64,000 nucleotides of DNA from Saprospiraceae bacterium (lineage in GTDB: Bacteria > Bacteroidota > Bacteroidia > Chitinophagales > Saprospiraceae), in assembly GCA_020436785.1 (NCBI GenBank), contig JAGQXC010000396.1, positions 9,752-73,751 on the forward strand, given 5' to 3'. The position numbers and the translations under genes were made by a program. Shown here one piece after another: positions 63,101 through 64,000 of this stretch (positions are counted from its first letter, which is position 1; the number at the start of each line of letters is the position of its first letter). The notes below the pieces were generated by a model. The model searched no databases, had not been told where the DNA came from, and saw only the letters and a program-made list of their open reading frames with translations.

Positions 63101-63108
63101 CAAAGATA
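63101..63108 (-). promoter_or_regulatory. Candidate -7 box (TATCTTTG on the minus strand) for the str/S10/spc/alpha superoperon
   Basis: The reverse complement is TATCTTTG. A minus-strand TTG (plus 63127-63129) lies 18 nt upstream, which is the -33 spacing. The box is 86 nt upstream of the rpsL ATG. Confidence 0.5.
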
Positions 63109-63159
63109 TTACTATTTTGTGGTTTACAAAACCCCTAGTATAAAAATTCAAGAAGAAAA

Positions 63160-63627
63160 ATGCAGGATTCTCTGACCATCCGTAAAGCAAACCGATCCGA
63201 TCTGCCCGATATCATCCAACTTGTCCGGGAACTCGCTGTCTATGAGAAAGCTCCGGAGGAGGTATGGGTTACGCTGGAGGACTATGAAGATGGCTTTGAA
63301 TCGGTATTTGATGCATTGGTTGCCGAGTGGAACGGCCGGATCGTAGGAATGGCTTTGTACTACCTCACCTTTTCCACCTGGAAAGGTAAAATGTTGCATC
63401 TGGAAGACTTTATCGTCACCGAAAGCCACCGGGGGAAGGGGATCGGTAAGCAATTATTTGACGAGGTCATCTCTCAAGCCCGGCGCCTGAACACCAAACT
63501 GATGCGCTGGCAGGTGTTGGACTGGAACGAGCCGGCCATTGCCTTTTACAATAAATATGATGTGGCTTTCGATACCGATTGGTGGAACGTGAAAATGTTG
63601 TTCACCGGTCCTCCGGCACAATCCTAA
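63160..63627 (+). CDS. GNAT family N-acetyltransferase (diamine acetyltransferase-like)
   Basis: 155-aa ORF. Acetyl-CoA-binding motif A HRGKGIGKQLF. Confidence 0.85.
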   Translation: MQDSLTIRKANRSDLPDIIQLVRELAVYEKAPEEVWVTLEDYEDGFESVFDALVAEWNGRIVGMALYYLTFSTWKGKMLHLEDFIVTESHRGKGIGKQLFDEVISQARRLNTKLMRWQVLDWNEPAIAFYNKYDVAFDTDWWNVKMLFTGPPAQS

Positions 63628-64000
63628 GTCTTACGCCAAACCAGGGCATTGCCAAGTTCGAGCAATTGGTGGATTCCGGTTTCGGTCAATTTGGTTTTAA
63701 AAAGGGAAGCCCGGGCCGATTCTTCCAATTCCAACAGGTACTTGCGGGTAATTTCCAAGACTCCCCATTCGTCCCACCATTCTTTCACTGCATTAACTTT
63801 GTCCTGTTCCTCCTTGCCCGGAGAAACCGGTTGATGGTACAAGGTATAATACTGTTCCCGCTTGGATGGAGGGCACAATTCCCATCCTTTCAAATAAAGA
63901 AAGGTCTTCTTATGTTGAAGGATATCTCCCCCCGCCTGTTTGCCAAAAGCAGTTCCGCCAAAAGCATCCAGGTAATCGTCCTGAATTTGAAAGGCGAGTC
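63624..64000 (-). CDS. Polyprenyl synthetase family protein (C-terminal part only; the N-terminus lies beyond the right edge)
   Basis: My in-frame extension of the listed ORF reads ...LAFQIQDDYLDAFGGTAFGKQAGGDILQHKKTFLYLKGWEL..., which contains the second Asp-rich motif (FQxxDDxLD) of trans-prenyltransferases. Confidence 0.8.
   Translation of the reverse strand, partial: LAFQIQDDYLDAFGGTAFGKQAGGDILQHKKTFLYLKGWELCPPSKREQYYTLYHQPVSPGKEEQDKVNAVKEWWDEWGVLEITRKYLLELEESARASLFKTKLTETGIHQLLELGNALVWRKT

Overview
A 64 kb chromosomal segment from a member of the Bacteroidota. The phylum call rests on the type IX secretion and gliding genes (gldJ, a porP/sprF-like gene, porU, porV), T9SS C-terminal sorting domains, and repeated TAnnTTTG -7 promoter boxes. 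Most of the window is conserved housekeeping. It carries rel-fur, tRNA-Leu, tig-clpP-clpX, recN, fabI, recR, a 2-oxoacid dehydrogenase E2, murF, RNase P RNA and carA-eno-ftsB-like-sucD. A complete str/S10/spc/alpha ribosomal superoperon runs on the minus strand from rpsL (63015) to rplQ (44665). I saw no CRISPR array, IS element, integrase or rRNA. The most unusual part is the left edge (1-5024). It holds a tightly coupled minus-strand operon of an outer-membrane beta-barrel, a T9SS-sorted LamG/SprB-repeat protein, and a SpvB/TcB (Tc-toxin B-subunit)-like protein. The last ORF runs off the window and is missing from the supplied ORF track. Other items worth a second look are a sigma-54 activator with no DNA-binding domain, a GT2 fused to a catalytically degenerate polyprenyl-phosphate glycosyl-phosphotransferase module, an arginase-fold protein that seems to lack its metal ligands, an orphan lycopene-cyclase-domain gene, and a 1054-aa multi-pass NtrY-like histidine kinase. 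All calls come from reading the translations and sequence by eye. No database search was run.
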